DNA of 10,538 bases from Sulfolobales archaeon (GCA_038867615.1 JAWBYA010000018.1:465-11002); one strand, 5' to 3'. Shown: positions 1 through 8,690, counted from the first letter of the stretch. Program-made: numbers and translations. The notes: generated from the sequence alone by a model not told the origin.

Positions 1-37
1 AGTAATCAGAAGTGTTTAAAAGTATTTAAATTTATCG

Positions 38-1264
38 CTAAACCTGCAACAGCCTGTTAAGCATGTCTATCTTCTCTTTATCTGGTATATAATCACCGAT
101 CTTCTTCATAAGGGTCTCCATAGCTTGCGGTATTATGAATTCGCTCTCAACAATCTTACCAATGATCATGCTAGCTAAGTTTGGTCTCCTCCTAACTACC
201 TCCTCTATCAAATCAACCTGTTTCCCATCTCTCCCCCTTATCTTCATGAACGAGAATATCAGCAGCTCATCCGCTGGGTTCCAATCCCTGTCCGCTTTGC
301 TGTGGAGGATGGTCAGCAGTATTAGCTCTCCAGCATCTACTGGGTCATAGCCATACTCAGCTAGCTCGTCCAATATCTTCCTGTAGTATCTATATTTGAT
401 GTGGAGCCAAACATATCTAGCGTAGATCCTCATCCAATAATCCCTGCTAATGAAAACGCCAATTTTACCGAAGTCGAGGGGCTCTATCTTCTTGCCCTTA
501 ACGTATAGACCGTCTCTCCTAAGCCTTATCTCTCCCTTCTCTATTAGGTGTTTCAAAAGACTTGTACCATACTTAGACGGATCTGGCATGTCGAAGATAG
601 CATCATAGTGAGCTATGGTGTGATATACACCGTAGCTTCCGAGCTTTGCCATGTAGTCCTCGAATATGGCTCTATCCTTATCGCTGATCTGATCGTAGAG
701 CTTATCTATATATTCAGCTTTCTTCACTAGCGGGCTGTTTCTATCCAATGCAATATCATTGATCATGAGGATTCTGAGAACCTCTATGCCAAGAACCCAC
801 TTCAACCGCTCATCCTTGTTGCTACTAGCCCTTCTAAGATCCTGAATCATCTCTCTAAACTCGGAGCCAAGCTTATATCCAAGATTGAAGGGATCATCAT
901 CAGAAGTGGCTTTAGCAATTTTACTACAGAAATCCTCAACACATATATATCTATACTTGCTGGCAACTAGAACCTCATACGATGATTCAATCTTAGTTGC
1001 TAGCTTCAGATCTATGAATATCTCGATCTCATAATCATCTTCAAAGTCATATACCCGCATATGGACTGATAAGGTGTTGTCCACAGCACCATGTATCGGC
1101 TCTGCAATGTTATATTCATAGTAATAGAGGTCGGGGGATAAAATGGGTATATCATCGCTACTTATCCTAGTATATTTCTTTCCAAGTCCGCTTTCGAAGC
1201 CACGTAGAAAGGTCATGAGATATCTATGTAGCTTTGTGTTAATGGGACTGGCTTCTCCGCTCAA
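38..1264 (-). CDS. Hypothetical soluble protein (408 aa), mostly helical, possible internal winged-helix-like segment
   Basis: Long ORF with host-like codon usage. The TTG start has GGAGG 5 nt upstream (alternative ATG at 1216). No TM segments or catalytic motifs recognised. LLKHLIEKGEIRLRRDGLYV resembles a wHTH helix plus wing (weak). Confidence 0.8.
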   Translation of the reverse strand: MSGEASPINTKLHRYLMTFLRGFESGLGKKYTRISSDDIPILSPDLYYYEYNIAEPIHGAVDNTLSVHMRVYDFEDDYEIEIFIDLKLATKIESSYEVLVASKYRYICVEDFCSKIAKATSDDDPFNLGYKLGSEFREMIQDLRRASSNKDERLKWVLGIEVLRILMINDIALDRNSPLVKKAEYIDKLYDQISDKDRAIFEDYMAKLGSYGVYHTIAHYDAIFDMPDPSKYGTSLLKHLIEKGEIRLRRDGLYVKGKKIEPLDFGKIGVFISRDYWMRIYARYVWLHIKYRYYRKILDELAEYGYDPVDAGELILLTILHSKADRDWNPADELLIFSFMKIRGRDGKQVDLIEEVVRRRPNLASMIIGKIVESEFIIPQAMETLMKKIGDYIPDKEKIDMLNRLLQV

Positions 1265-1285
1265 CCTAGCCTCCGAAATATTCTA

Positions 1286-1303
1286 CTGAAAAAAACAGTT
1301 TTT
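1286..1303 (-). terminator. Putative oligo-T terminator / short palindrome between the large ORF and the 408-aa ORF
   Basis: The minus strand reads AAAAACTGTTTTTTTCAG just after the stop at 1312, giving a T7 tract. AAAAAC-A-GTTTTT (1291-1303) is palindromic. Confidence 0.35.
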
Positions 1304-1311
1304 ATTGAAAC

Positions 1312-4077
1312 CTAGCTCTTTCTAGCTTCTAGCTGTCTATCTACATACATTGATACCTTGCCCTGTGGTGTGAATCCTAGGCTTGACCTTATCAATGCTG
1401 ATGATATTGCGAACGCCCTCTCTGGGGGTATTATCTTGAGACCAGCGGATGCTATCGCTGTCCCCACACCTGCTAGGGGTATCAGATGCTCCACAAATGT
1501 TAAAACTGCTGCCGCCATGTGCATCCCGAGCACCCCGCCAGTTATGCCTATTGCTGGTGCTACGAGGAGGACTGTGTTTTTGAATGCCTCCCCGACATCG
1601 CCCCATGTTCTGTGAGCCTGTGTAAGCCTTCTAGCCATTATAGCCTCGTTCCTGATAACCTCAAGAAGCTCAGTCCTACCCATAACCGCTACGAGGTGAT
1701 TGAGGTTCATAGCGTAGTATGCATTGCTATATATCCTGCTAACAACCTCCTCATTGCTCAGAGCCTTTGCAATCGCCATGTCAAATGGTATCTTCTCCAT
1801 CTCCCTTATCCTCTGAGCCTCCTGGATGATAGCTGTTGCAGCATCCATATTTACTGGAGGGCTATCAACACCCTGTGGAAGCGGGGGCGCCCCGTGGAAT
1901 ACAGAGGCGTTCTTCCTGCTGACCTCATGCATCACATACCTCTCAATATTCACACCAGATAGCCATACCCCAAGTATTGCTGCGTTCGACTTGACCGATT
2001 CGCTGGTCTCTATATACCTCCTAACCCTTATAATCTTCTCCTCAGGCATATCCTGGATCGAGGGGTTCTGCCCAAACACAACAACCTTCAAACCCTCAGC
2101 AGATGAGAGCTCCCCCGCCTTGGATGGATCTGAGTATCTTATGGATTGGTTGGTGGGCATAGCGACTATAACATATACCTTGTCCTTTGTCTCCCTAACA
2201 GAGTAGCCATTGACAAGGCTCTCACCAACAACACTACTCCTAGCATATACCCTCCACTCATTCCCAGCCCTGCTAATACCAACAACCCTGAGCCAGTCAT
2301 CAGCAATGCTCGTAGCCCCTCCACCCCTAGCATCATTGATGTACTTAGAGAGCCCTGTGATGCTAACATTACCGCTACCCCTGTCAATCTCTATAACAAC
2401 ACCCCTTATAGAGACCCACATGTTATCCCTATCCTTAGACACCTCCATAGGGTCTTTAAACCTGTATGAGGATGACACATCGCTTAGAAGGTGGATACCC
2501 TCATAGCCGATCTCATCCGCAAGGCTACTCTCAATAGTCTGTGATAGCTGCTGCGGCTGGTGCCCCAAACCAGATAGTATATCCCCAACCTTGTCAGACA
2601 CCCTGTTGATATAGTCATTGATATCGCTATCAACACCATTCACGGTATAGCCCTGATTAACCCTGTATAGGAGGGCTGGTATCTCCACAGGGACTTTCTT
2701 GCCTTTCTGATCAACCTCCACCTTTACATATCTCACGCTATCCACAGCACCATCGTTATACCTAGCAATGATAGATGCAAGGACTCCAAGGGATGAAACC
2801 CTGACAGCCCTCTCAATAGCTGTTCCAGGGGTTGTTATGTTAAGACTATTCGGATCCTGATTATGGGATATAGCTCCTCTTCTAAGGCTATATACGTGGC
2901 TAAACACATCAGCAGTTTGCTTAGCATCTCCAGGGAGGTAGCTGAATCTCTGGAGGTTTATGAGCTCCTCCAATGTGTTGAGGAACCTGCTAGCCTTATC
3001 CCTATTCTCCTCTCTCATGGTATCCACAGCACCTAGTATGAGATCCTCCTCCATGTTTCGGATCTTCGATAGGATATCATTGGTATTAACCCCACTATGC
3101 TTAGAATCATAGTACATCACCCTATAACCCTCAAGACGATCCAGAAGACCACCCATAGCAGAATACCCAGATGCATAGTCCCTGACAACACCCATGTCCA
3201 TGAGTATATATGCCTTTTGTATCAGATTCTGGGTTGATATGCCGCTATCAACCTTTAGGTGGGAGGCTATATCGCCTATAGATAGATCCTCAACTGCGTC
3301 TCTGGGATTGTGGATGGGTTCATAGACATATGGGTTATACTTCTTGGGAAGACCAGATGCCATCCCATCGAGGGCATATACATCGCTTAGCTTCAGCTTA
3401 GTAGAGAGATCCTTCCATTTATCAGCATATATATTAACACCATTATTAACATGGTTTCCAATGTTATTCAGAAGCTTATAGATCTTGTCAGGGTTGGGGC
3501 TAGAAGCCCTAAGCTCATTACCAATTTCATAAATGGCGTTCTGTATCTCTGCTAGGTGGAACCCGAGTTCTCTGTATTCCTGCTCCTTGGTATAGCCTAT
3601 GCTTGCATTGAATGGAGAGCTATCGCTAAAGAACCTAGCGTTAAGATCGTCCTTCACACTACTGTATAGATTTTGCATCTGTGTCTTTAGATTGTTTAGC
3701 TGGTTGGCTAGGTTATTTATTGCTGTGGTGTTGTTGGGGTTGAACACAGCTTCAAATCCCAGCTCTGTTAGTATGCTGTGGTAATTATCTAACGCTTGTT
3801 TCAGGTTATTTTTCAGGTTATTTACTTTTTTCTTGAATTCCTCTAGGTTGTATATCACCTCTGCTGCGAATCTCGTGTCTTCTGTTACTACTAGGGTTGC
3901 TGGTGATGATGCGTATAGACCCATGTGGGCTAGGTTTGCTGATGATCTGTTTGCAGCCCTCTCAAGATCACCAATATCTACCGTGAATATCCTTGCAAGC
4001 TCTCTATATGCCTCACGCCTGCTAAGCTCCTCGGTAAGGGATTCATGCTCCTTCCTAGCCATGAATAGCCGGGACAT
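1312..4077 (-). CDS. Large hypothetical protein (~921 aa): N-terminal Asn-rich coiled coil, central beta-rich region, C-terminal Gly/Ala-rich hydrophobic helical hairpin
   Basis: The ORF track gives 1312..4191. ATG 4077 (MSRLFMARK) is preferred because it has GAGGAG upstream and avoids overlap with the divergent ATPase. Heptad-like segment EEFKKKVNNLKNNLKQALDNY...NNLANQLNNLKTQMQNLY. Hydrophobic stretch VLLVAPAIGITGGVLGMHMAAAVLTFVEHLIPLAGVGTAIASAGLKII at ~1428-1572. No N-terminal signal peptide. Confidence 0.85.
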   Translation of the reverse strand: MSRLFMARKEHESLTEELSRREAYRELARIFTVDIGDLERAANRSSANLAHMGLYASSPATLVVTEDTRFAAEVIYNLEEFKKKVNNLKNNLKQALDNYHSILTELGFEAVFNPNNTTAINNLANQLNNLKTQMQNLYSSVKDDLNARFFSDSSPFNASIGYTKEQEYRELGFHLAEIQNAIYEIGNELRASSPNPDKIYKLLNNIGNHVNNGVNIYADKWKDLSTKLKLSDVYALDGMASGLPKKYNPYVYEPIHNPRDAVEDLSIGDIASHLKVDSGISTQNLIQKAYILMDMGVVRDYASGYSAMGGLLDRLEGYRVMYYDSKHSGVNTNDILSKIRNMEEDLILGAVDTMREENRDKASRFLNTLEELINLQRFSYLPGDAKQTADVFSHVYSLRRGAISHNQDPNSLNITTPGTAIERAVRVSSLGVLASIIARYNDGAVDSVRYVKVEVDQKGKKVPVEIPALLYRVNQGYTVNGVDSDINDYINRVSDKVGDILSGLGHQPQQLSQTIESSLADEIGYEGIHLLSDVSSSYRFKDPMEVSKDRDNMWVSIRGVVIEIDRGSGNVSITGLSKYINDARGGGATSIADDWLRVVGISRAGNEWRVYARSSVVGESLVNGYSVRETKDKVYVIVAMPTNQSIRYSDPSKAGELSSAEGLKVVVFGQNPSIQDMPEEKIIRVRRYIETSESVKSNAAILGVWLSGVNIERYVMHEVSRKNASVFHGAPPLPQGVDSPPVNMDAATAIIQEAQRIREMEKIPFDMAIAKALSNEEVVSRIYSNAYYAMNLNHLVAVMGRTELLEVIRNEAIMARRLTQAHRTWGDVGEAFKNTVLLVAPAIGITGGVLGMHMAAAVLTFVEHLIPLAGVGTAIASAGLKIIPPERAFAISSALIRSSLGFTPQGKVSMYVDRQLEARKS

Positions 4078-4105
4078 ACCATCTCCTCTCAAATAGCTTG
4101 GATGT

Positions 4106-4121
4106 AAAAGCAAATGCTTTT
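4106..4121. promoter_or_regulatory. Inverted repeat in the divergent intergenic region (candidate operator)
   Basis: AAAAGCA-AA-TGCTTTT has perfect 7-bp arms and lies between the divergent starts at 4077 (-) and 4150 (+). Confidence 0.4.
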
Positions 4122-4149
4122 TGATAGATGGGATGTTCTTGGGATTGTC

Positions 4150-5568
4150 ATGTCTTGGTTCTACTCGAATATTGGTAGGAAGAGGCTTCACAGCCCATAC
4201 TATGTCAAGGATCTTGCTGTCAGAAGCCCTAGGGTTATGAGCATTCCAGAGCCTGACACAGGCTTGTTGATACCAACAGCAGGTGGTATTGCTCCAGAGG
4301 ATACTAGTAGGTATAACATATACATAGGGACTACGAAGATCAAGAAGGCTCCATACTACTACAACCCATTCGCACCCGTGAACCCGATGTTCGCCATACT
4401 CGGGGCGCCTGGATATGGGAAGAGTGAGTTTCTCCAGAACTTCATATTCAGGCTAAAACTCAAAAACCCCATAGACCCAGTAGTCATAATAATAGATCCT
4501 CAGGGGGAGTATAAGAGGGTCTTGAGCGCCCTAGCATCTAGGGGTATATATGGTGTTGAGCTTAGGGTTGGTGTGGACACGTTTATAAACATATTCGATA
4601 GACCTGAGGGTGTTAGCTACCAGAGGTGGGTGGCAGACGCAGTAGTACCCTCGATCCTAGAGGCACTCAAGATAACCTCGGAGAGGGGTCCGAGGATGGA
4701 GTCTGTTTTTCAGAGGATTATTATGCAGGTTTATGAGAGGAAGGGCTTTGTCCCAGCAGATCCATCTACTTGGAGGGACGATCCAACACTCCTAGATGTT
4801 ATGGAGCAGGTTCTGAGCGAGATAGAGAGGCTCACAACCAATAGGGAGAAGGGGACAGGGGATCTCATCAGAAGCCTAGCATCTATAAGGGATAGGCTTG
4901 GCAAATATGTATATGGCATTGGAACTGACTACTTCGCAAGAGCATCAACAATAAACATAGCCAGCCTGCTGAAAACACCTGTAGTTGTTGTTAATGTTAA
5001 GTATCTGGGGAGTGATGAGCCTAGAAACCTAGTGATACTATATATATTCAATGTCCTCTACCAGCTCATGTATAGAATGCTCCCCGTGAGAAACACCATA
5101 AGACTTGTATTCATAGTTGATGAGGGGTGGATCCTCCTGAAGAAAACCTCAAAGGGAGAATCCCCGCTTGAGAAGCTCGTTAGACAGGCAAGGAAATTCG
5201 GCTTCATGGTCGGTGTTGCCACGCAGAAGTTTGAGGATCTCAGCGAATCTATATTAAGCCTAGTGGGAACTCTATTCATATTCAACCCAAACGACCCAAA
5301 GGTTGTTGAGTATGCCAAGAAAGCAGGCGTCCCCGAGAAGACCGCCAAGCAGATACTAAACCTTGAGAGGGGCTGGTGCTTGGTAAGAACACAATGGGTG
5401 TCTAAGGAGGGGATGGAGAACCCCAACACATCGTTCTTCGTAAAGATAGACAGCACAGTAGATAGACCAGCAAACATACAAACACCAAAAACAATAACAC
5501 CACAGGAATTCATAAGAATAGCAGAATCAATAGCAATAACAAAAGAATACGCATCAAGAATAAAATAA
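4150..5568 (+). CDS. VirB4/HerA/FtsK-superfamily P-loop ATPase (VirB4 C-terminal-domain-like, no TM segments)
   Basis: Walker A GAPGYGKS (4402-4425), IIIDPQGEY motif, helical insertion, Walker B FIVDEGW (~5110-5130), arginine-finger region RQARKFG and the ATQ motif. The start is ATG 4114 or 4150. ATG 4150 has GGGA upstream and leaves room for divergent promoters. Confidence 0.9.
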   Translation: MSWFYSNIGRKRLHSPYYVKDLAVRSPRVMSIPEPDTGLLIPTAGGIAPEDTSRYNIYIGTTKIKKAPYYYNPFAPVNPMFAILGAPGYGKSEFLQNFIFRLKLKNPIDPVVIIIDPQGEYKRVLSALASRGIYGVELRVGVDTFINIFDRPEGVSYQRWVADAVVPSILEALKITSERGPRMESVFQRIIMQVYERKGFVPADPSTWRDDPTLLDVMEQVLSEIERLTTNREKGTGDLIRSLASIRDRLGKYVYGIGTDYFARASTINIASLLKTPVVVVNVKYLGSDEPRNLVILYIFNVLYQLMYRMLPVRNTIRLVFIVDEGWILLKKTSKGESPLEKLVRQARKFGFMVGVATQKFEDLSESILSLVGTLFIFNPNDPKVVEYAKKAGVPEKTAKQILNLERGWCLVRTQWVSKEGMENPNTSFFVKIDSTVDRPANIQTPKTITPQEFIRIAESIAITKEYASRIK

Positions 5569-5574
5569 ACATAC

Positions 5575-7143
5575 TTATGCTCTAATTAACGTCCAGCCAT
5601 CAAAATACTCAGCTATTTCTACATTTACTGTATACAGAAAAGCACTGCATACCTTATCCCTTAATATCTTGGCTAGAACATAAGTATCAGGTGTAGTAGC
5701 TACTCCTCCATCTGTGAATATAAGTATTAGATCACTTTTTTCTGCTATTTTGATAGCATATGCTAGAGCAGGATCTATAACTGTACCTCCACCACCTATT
5801 ATTTGCATGTGTAATATCTCTCCTAGTTTCAGCTTTCTATTTATATCTATGACATTTGTAACTTCCCTATCCCATTCTATTATTTTGATTTCATTTATTC
5901 CTAGCATGTAGGCTAGTGCTAGGGTATATTCAATGCCAAATTTGGGTAGTGAGGAATGGAATGTAGATCCGCTTACATCTATCAAGGAGATTATCCTGCC
6001 TAGCCTGTAGGTAACTTCTTTACATATTTTTAACGTCTTTTCAGTCTCTATCATGGCGGTAGCTAGGCTGGTTCTTATTGATTTGATTCTACCTGGTAGG
6101 TCGTATCCGAGTTTTCTGTGGGGCATCACCCAAGATCTCCTAATCACCTCTGCCCTACTCGGTAGCTTTATTATCTTCACATCTTTCTCAGTTTTTGTTT
6201 CACACTCTATGCTAACGCACAAACCTGACTTGAACCTATCCACGATACTATTTAGGAAGGGTGATATTGTAGATGCATCTGCATTTACAATTACAATAAC
6301 TCTATATGCTGAAAGACCTCCTCCACTACCTATGCCAACAGTTGTAATAATAGGTGTAGTAGTATTAATAAGATTGTTAGTGTCTTCAGCTCCATAAAGT
6401 CCATAGATTTCATATGTCTTAATTGGTGTTTTTCTAGGTGTAAGTACTTGTATTGGTTGTTTTTCCCATGTTTGTTTTAGTATTGTTAGTATTTCTAGTA
6501 GGGTTGTATATGTTTCGTATGTTCCGTTTTCCTGTAGTGATGTTCTGAGTTTTGAGTATAGCTTTGTTAGCCTCTCTATCTGTTTCTTCTCTTCTGGTTT
6601 GTTCTCTGCTCTGGATGCTATTTCTTTGATTGTGTCTCTTATCCATTTATCTAGTTCTTCTATTTCTTTCTCTGTGTTCAGGGTTTTCCATCTTCTTAGT
6701 GGGCATTGGTCTGATGGGTTATACTGGGGTATCGGGTATCCCTTTTTCCTGAGTTCTCTGTGTATCACGTAGTTTGCTACTAGGTTGTATAGCTTTGCTG
6801 AGTCTGCTTGGCTTATTGTTGGGGAGAGCTTTGTGATCAGCTCTCTAGCCCTTTCCACTAGGTTCTCCCTTGTGTTCTGCTTGATCGCTGTTGCCACATA
6901 TGCTAGTATGTATTTCATGTCCTCCTCTACATGTTCTTTCTCCCCGCTTCTGAGATGCTCTGCTAGGGATTTGCTGATATATAGCTTAAACCCTCCCCCT
7001 ATGCTCGATATCTCTAGGGGGTTGTCATCTGATAGGTCTCTTACCTCGATATCTATCTGGGATAGCTCTGGGCTGAAGAGCTCTAGACCTGTGCCCTTTT
7101 CTATGCCCCTGCCCAGGAGTTTTCTGAGTATGTCTCTAATCAT
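5575..7143 (-). CDS. vWA-domain protein, DUF2201-like (N-terminal degenerate metallopeptidase-like domain plus C-terminal vWA)
   Basis: MIDAS motif DVSGS (5965-5979), GGGGT and LILIFTDG. N-terminal YILAYVATAI...LYNLVANYVIHREL matches the spacing of the HExxH...NxAxD region of DUF2201_N. Overlaps the AAA gene stop by 8 nt (ATGATTAG). Confidence 0.85.
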   Translation of the reverse strand: MIRDILRKLLGRGIEKGTGLELFSPELSQIDIEVRDLSDDNPLEISSIGGGFKLYISKSLAEHLRSGEKEHVEEDMKYILAYVATAIKQNTRENLVERARELITKLSPTISQADSAKLYNLVANYVIHRELRKKGYPIPQYNPSDQCPLRRWKTLNTEKEIEELDKWIRDTIKEIASRAENKPEEKKQIERLTKLYSKLRTSLQENGTYETYTTLLEILTILKQTWEKQPIQVLTPRKTPIKTYEIYGLYGAEDTNNLINTTTPIITTVGIGSGGGLSAYRVIVIVNADASTISPFLNSIVDRFKSGLCVSIECETKTEKDVKIIKLPSRAEVIRRSWVMPHRKLGYDLPGRIKSIRTSLATAMIETEKTLKICKEVTYRLGRIISLIDVSGSTFHSSLPKFGIEYTLALAYMLGINEIKIIEWDREVTNVIDINRKLKLGEILHMQIIGGGGTVIDPALAYAIKIAEKSDLILIFTDGGVATTPDTYVLAKILRDKVCSAFLYTVNVEIAEYFDGWTLIRA

Positions 7144-8518
7144 CTGTCTTTATCCCTGCGATCTCTAGGATCTCCTTCTCCTTCTTCTCTATCTCCTGCA
7201 GTCTCTTCACCCTCTTCGTGATCTCTTTCCTCAGTTTCTTCTTCATCTTCTCGATCTTTCCGAATGTTTTTTCAGCGGTTACTAGGGCTGTTATTAGAAG
7301 GCTATCCCCGTCTGGGTATGATGCCAGCTTGTTCAGGATATCTATGTATTCCTCTGGAACCTCGTTTCTCTCATTGAATGCAGCACCTATCCTCTCCCCC
7401 ACCTTTCTTGCTAGGCTGTATCTCTCTAGGCTGTCTAGCTCATCTATCTTGGATTTGTCCCTCAGAGCCTCTTCGATCTTCTTGTTTGTGCTCTCAAGTA
7501 TATATGATGCCAGCTCACCAGCCACGTTCAGCCCTACGAAGCCTGCTAGATGTGCCTTCAGAGCGTCTATATCGTATGACAGCTCTCTCAGCTTCTCTAT
7601 CGGTGTTGCTAGCAGCAGCTTCTCCCACGACCTCGGGGTTGGGTAGTTCTCGTCTATCTCCTGGTTTCTGCTTGTTGGGAGGGCTAGCAGGTATTTGGAT
7701 CCTGTTCTCCTGTGGAAGCCTATGAGGAGCTCTAGGGTCGCCATATAGCTCTCCCTCAGATCATCATCGGCTATCGAGGATATCCTCCTCTTAACAACCC
7801 TTACCCACGAGTCGAGGTCTCCAGCCGTTACATAGAATATCTTAACCCTGTTCACAACAGGCTCTGGTATAACATCTGCCAGCGATGAGTGGGATGGTGC
7901 GTTCCCAGCACAGACAACAAAGCTCCTCGGATGCATCCTCACAAAGCCCGCTGACTTCTCGTTAAGTATCTTCTGGGTTGCAGCCTTCACATCGTGATCC
8001 TGGACATTTGTGAACTCATCCAGGAATAGAACCCCTGGGGCTAGTGAGAGGGCGTATGCCCATGATATCGGCTTATACTCAACATACCTCCCAGCATCCC
8101 TTGGGATACCGCTTACATCGTGTGGCTCCACCTCTGTAAGCCTTATATCCTGGAATAGGAAGTACCTCTCAGAGGCGCTTGGATCCCTCTCAAGCTCCTC
8201 AACAACCCTAGCCCTAGCCCTGTGATCAGTAATATCAACAAACACCCTTCCAAGCCTCTCAGCAGCCTCCCTAGAAGCCTCATACACAACCTGCGTCTTA
8301 CCAATACCTGGCGGCCCTATCAATATATAGTTTGGATATGTCCTGGCAATATCCTCTGGGAGTCTCTGGAGATATAGAATAGCCTCTATAATCTCGTTCT
8401 TAACATAGTCAGGACTAACAACAGGAACATTAGGAGGGAAACCAGTATCCCCGCCAAAGATAGCCCTTCTAATAAACTTGGGTAGCTTTGTAGATATAGA
8501 TATATCTCCACACCCCAT
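7136..8518 (-). CDS. MoxR-like AAA+ ATPase (AAA_5-type, partner of DUF2201 vWA proteins)
   Basis: Walker A GPPGIGKT, DIRLTEVEPHDVSGIP insert, Walker B LFLDEF, sensor I CAGN, Arg finger NR, sensor II PTPRSWE and a charged C-terminal helix. Translationally coupled to the vWA gene. Confidence 0.9.
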   Translation of the reverse strand: MGCGDISISTKLPKFIRRAIFGGDTGFPPNVPVVSPDYVKNEIIEAILYLQRLPEDIARTYPNYILIGPPGIGKTQVVYEASREAAERLGRVFVDITDHRARARVVEELERDPSASERYFLFQDIRLTEVEPHDVSGIPRDAGRYVEYKPISWAYALSLAPGVLFLDEFTNVQDHDVKAATQKILNEKSAGFVRMHPRSFVVCAGNAPSHSSLADVIPEPVVNRVKIFYVTAGDLDSWVRVVKRRISSIADDDLRESYMATLELLIGFHRRTGSKYLLALPTSRNQEIDENYPTPRSWEKLLLATPIEKLRELSYDIDALKAHLAGFVGLNVAGELASYILESTNKKIEEALRDKSKIDELDSLERYSLARKVGERIGAAFNERNEVPEEYIDILNKLASYPDGDSLLITALVTAEKTFGKIEKMKKKLRKEITKRVKRLQEIEKKEKEILEIAGIKTDD

Positions 8519-8534
8519 AATATATATATCAAAT

Positions 8535-8551
8535 CTTAAAAAGCTTATATA
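8535..8551 (-). promoter_or_regulatory. Putative archaeal TATA box for the AAA/vWA operon (probably leaderless)
   Basis: The minus strand reads CTATATAAGCTTTTTAAG 17-33 nt upstream of ATG 8518 in an AT-rich 172-bp intergenic region. There is no SD motif before the ATG. Confidence 0.4.
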
Positions 8552-8610
8552 GATCTTATCTCACGCAAAATATACATATACACTTTATATCATGTGGAAA
8601 GCTAGCAATA

Positions 8611-8635
8611 AATGTTCTATAAGGCTAAGAACATT
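8611..8635. repeat. Perfect 8-bp inverted repeat (candidate operator or terminator)
   Basis: AATGTTCT-N9-AGAACATT. Confidence 0.55.
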
Positions 8636-8690
8636 ACATAGTATATCGGGCTGTTTTGAAAAACATATATACAGATTATAGATCATCTTT

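Noticed and set aside
4078-4191. N-terminal 38-aa extension of the 959-aa ORF
   Set aside because: It overlaps the divergent ATPase ORF, and ATG 4077 has a good RBS.
4150-5568. Assignment as DNA-repair helicase HerA or as CedB
   Set aside because: No N-terminal HAS-barrel region is evident and there are no nurA/mre11/rad50 or multi-TM cedA neighbours. A gene symbol is not supportable without phylogeny.
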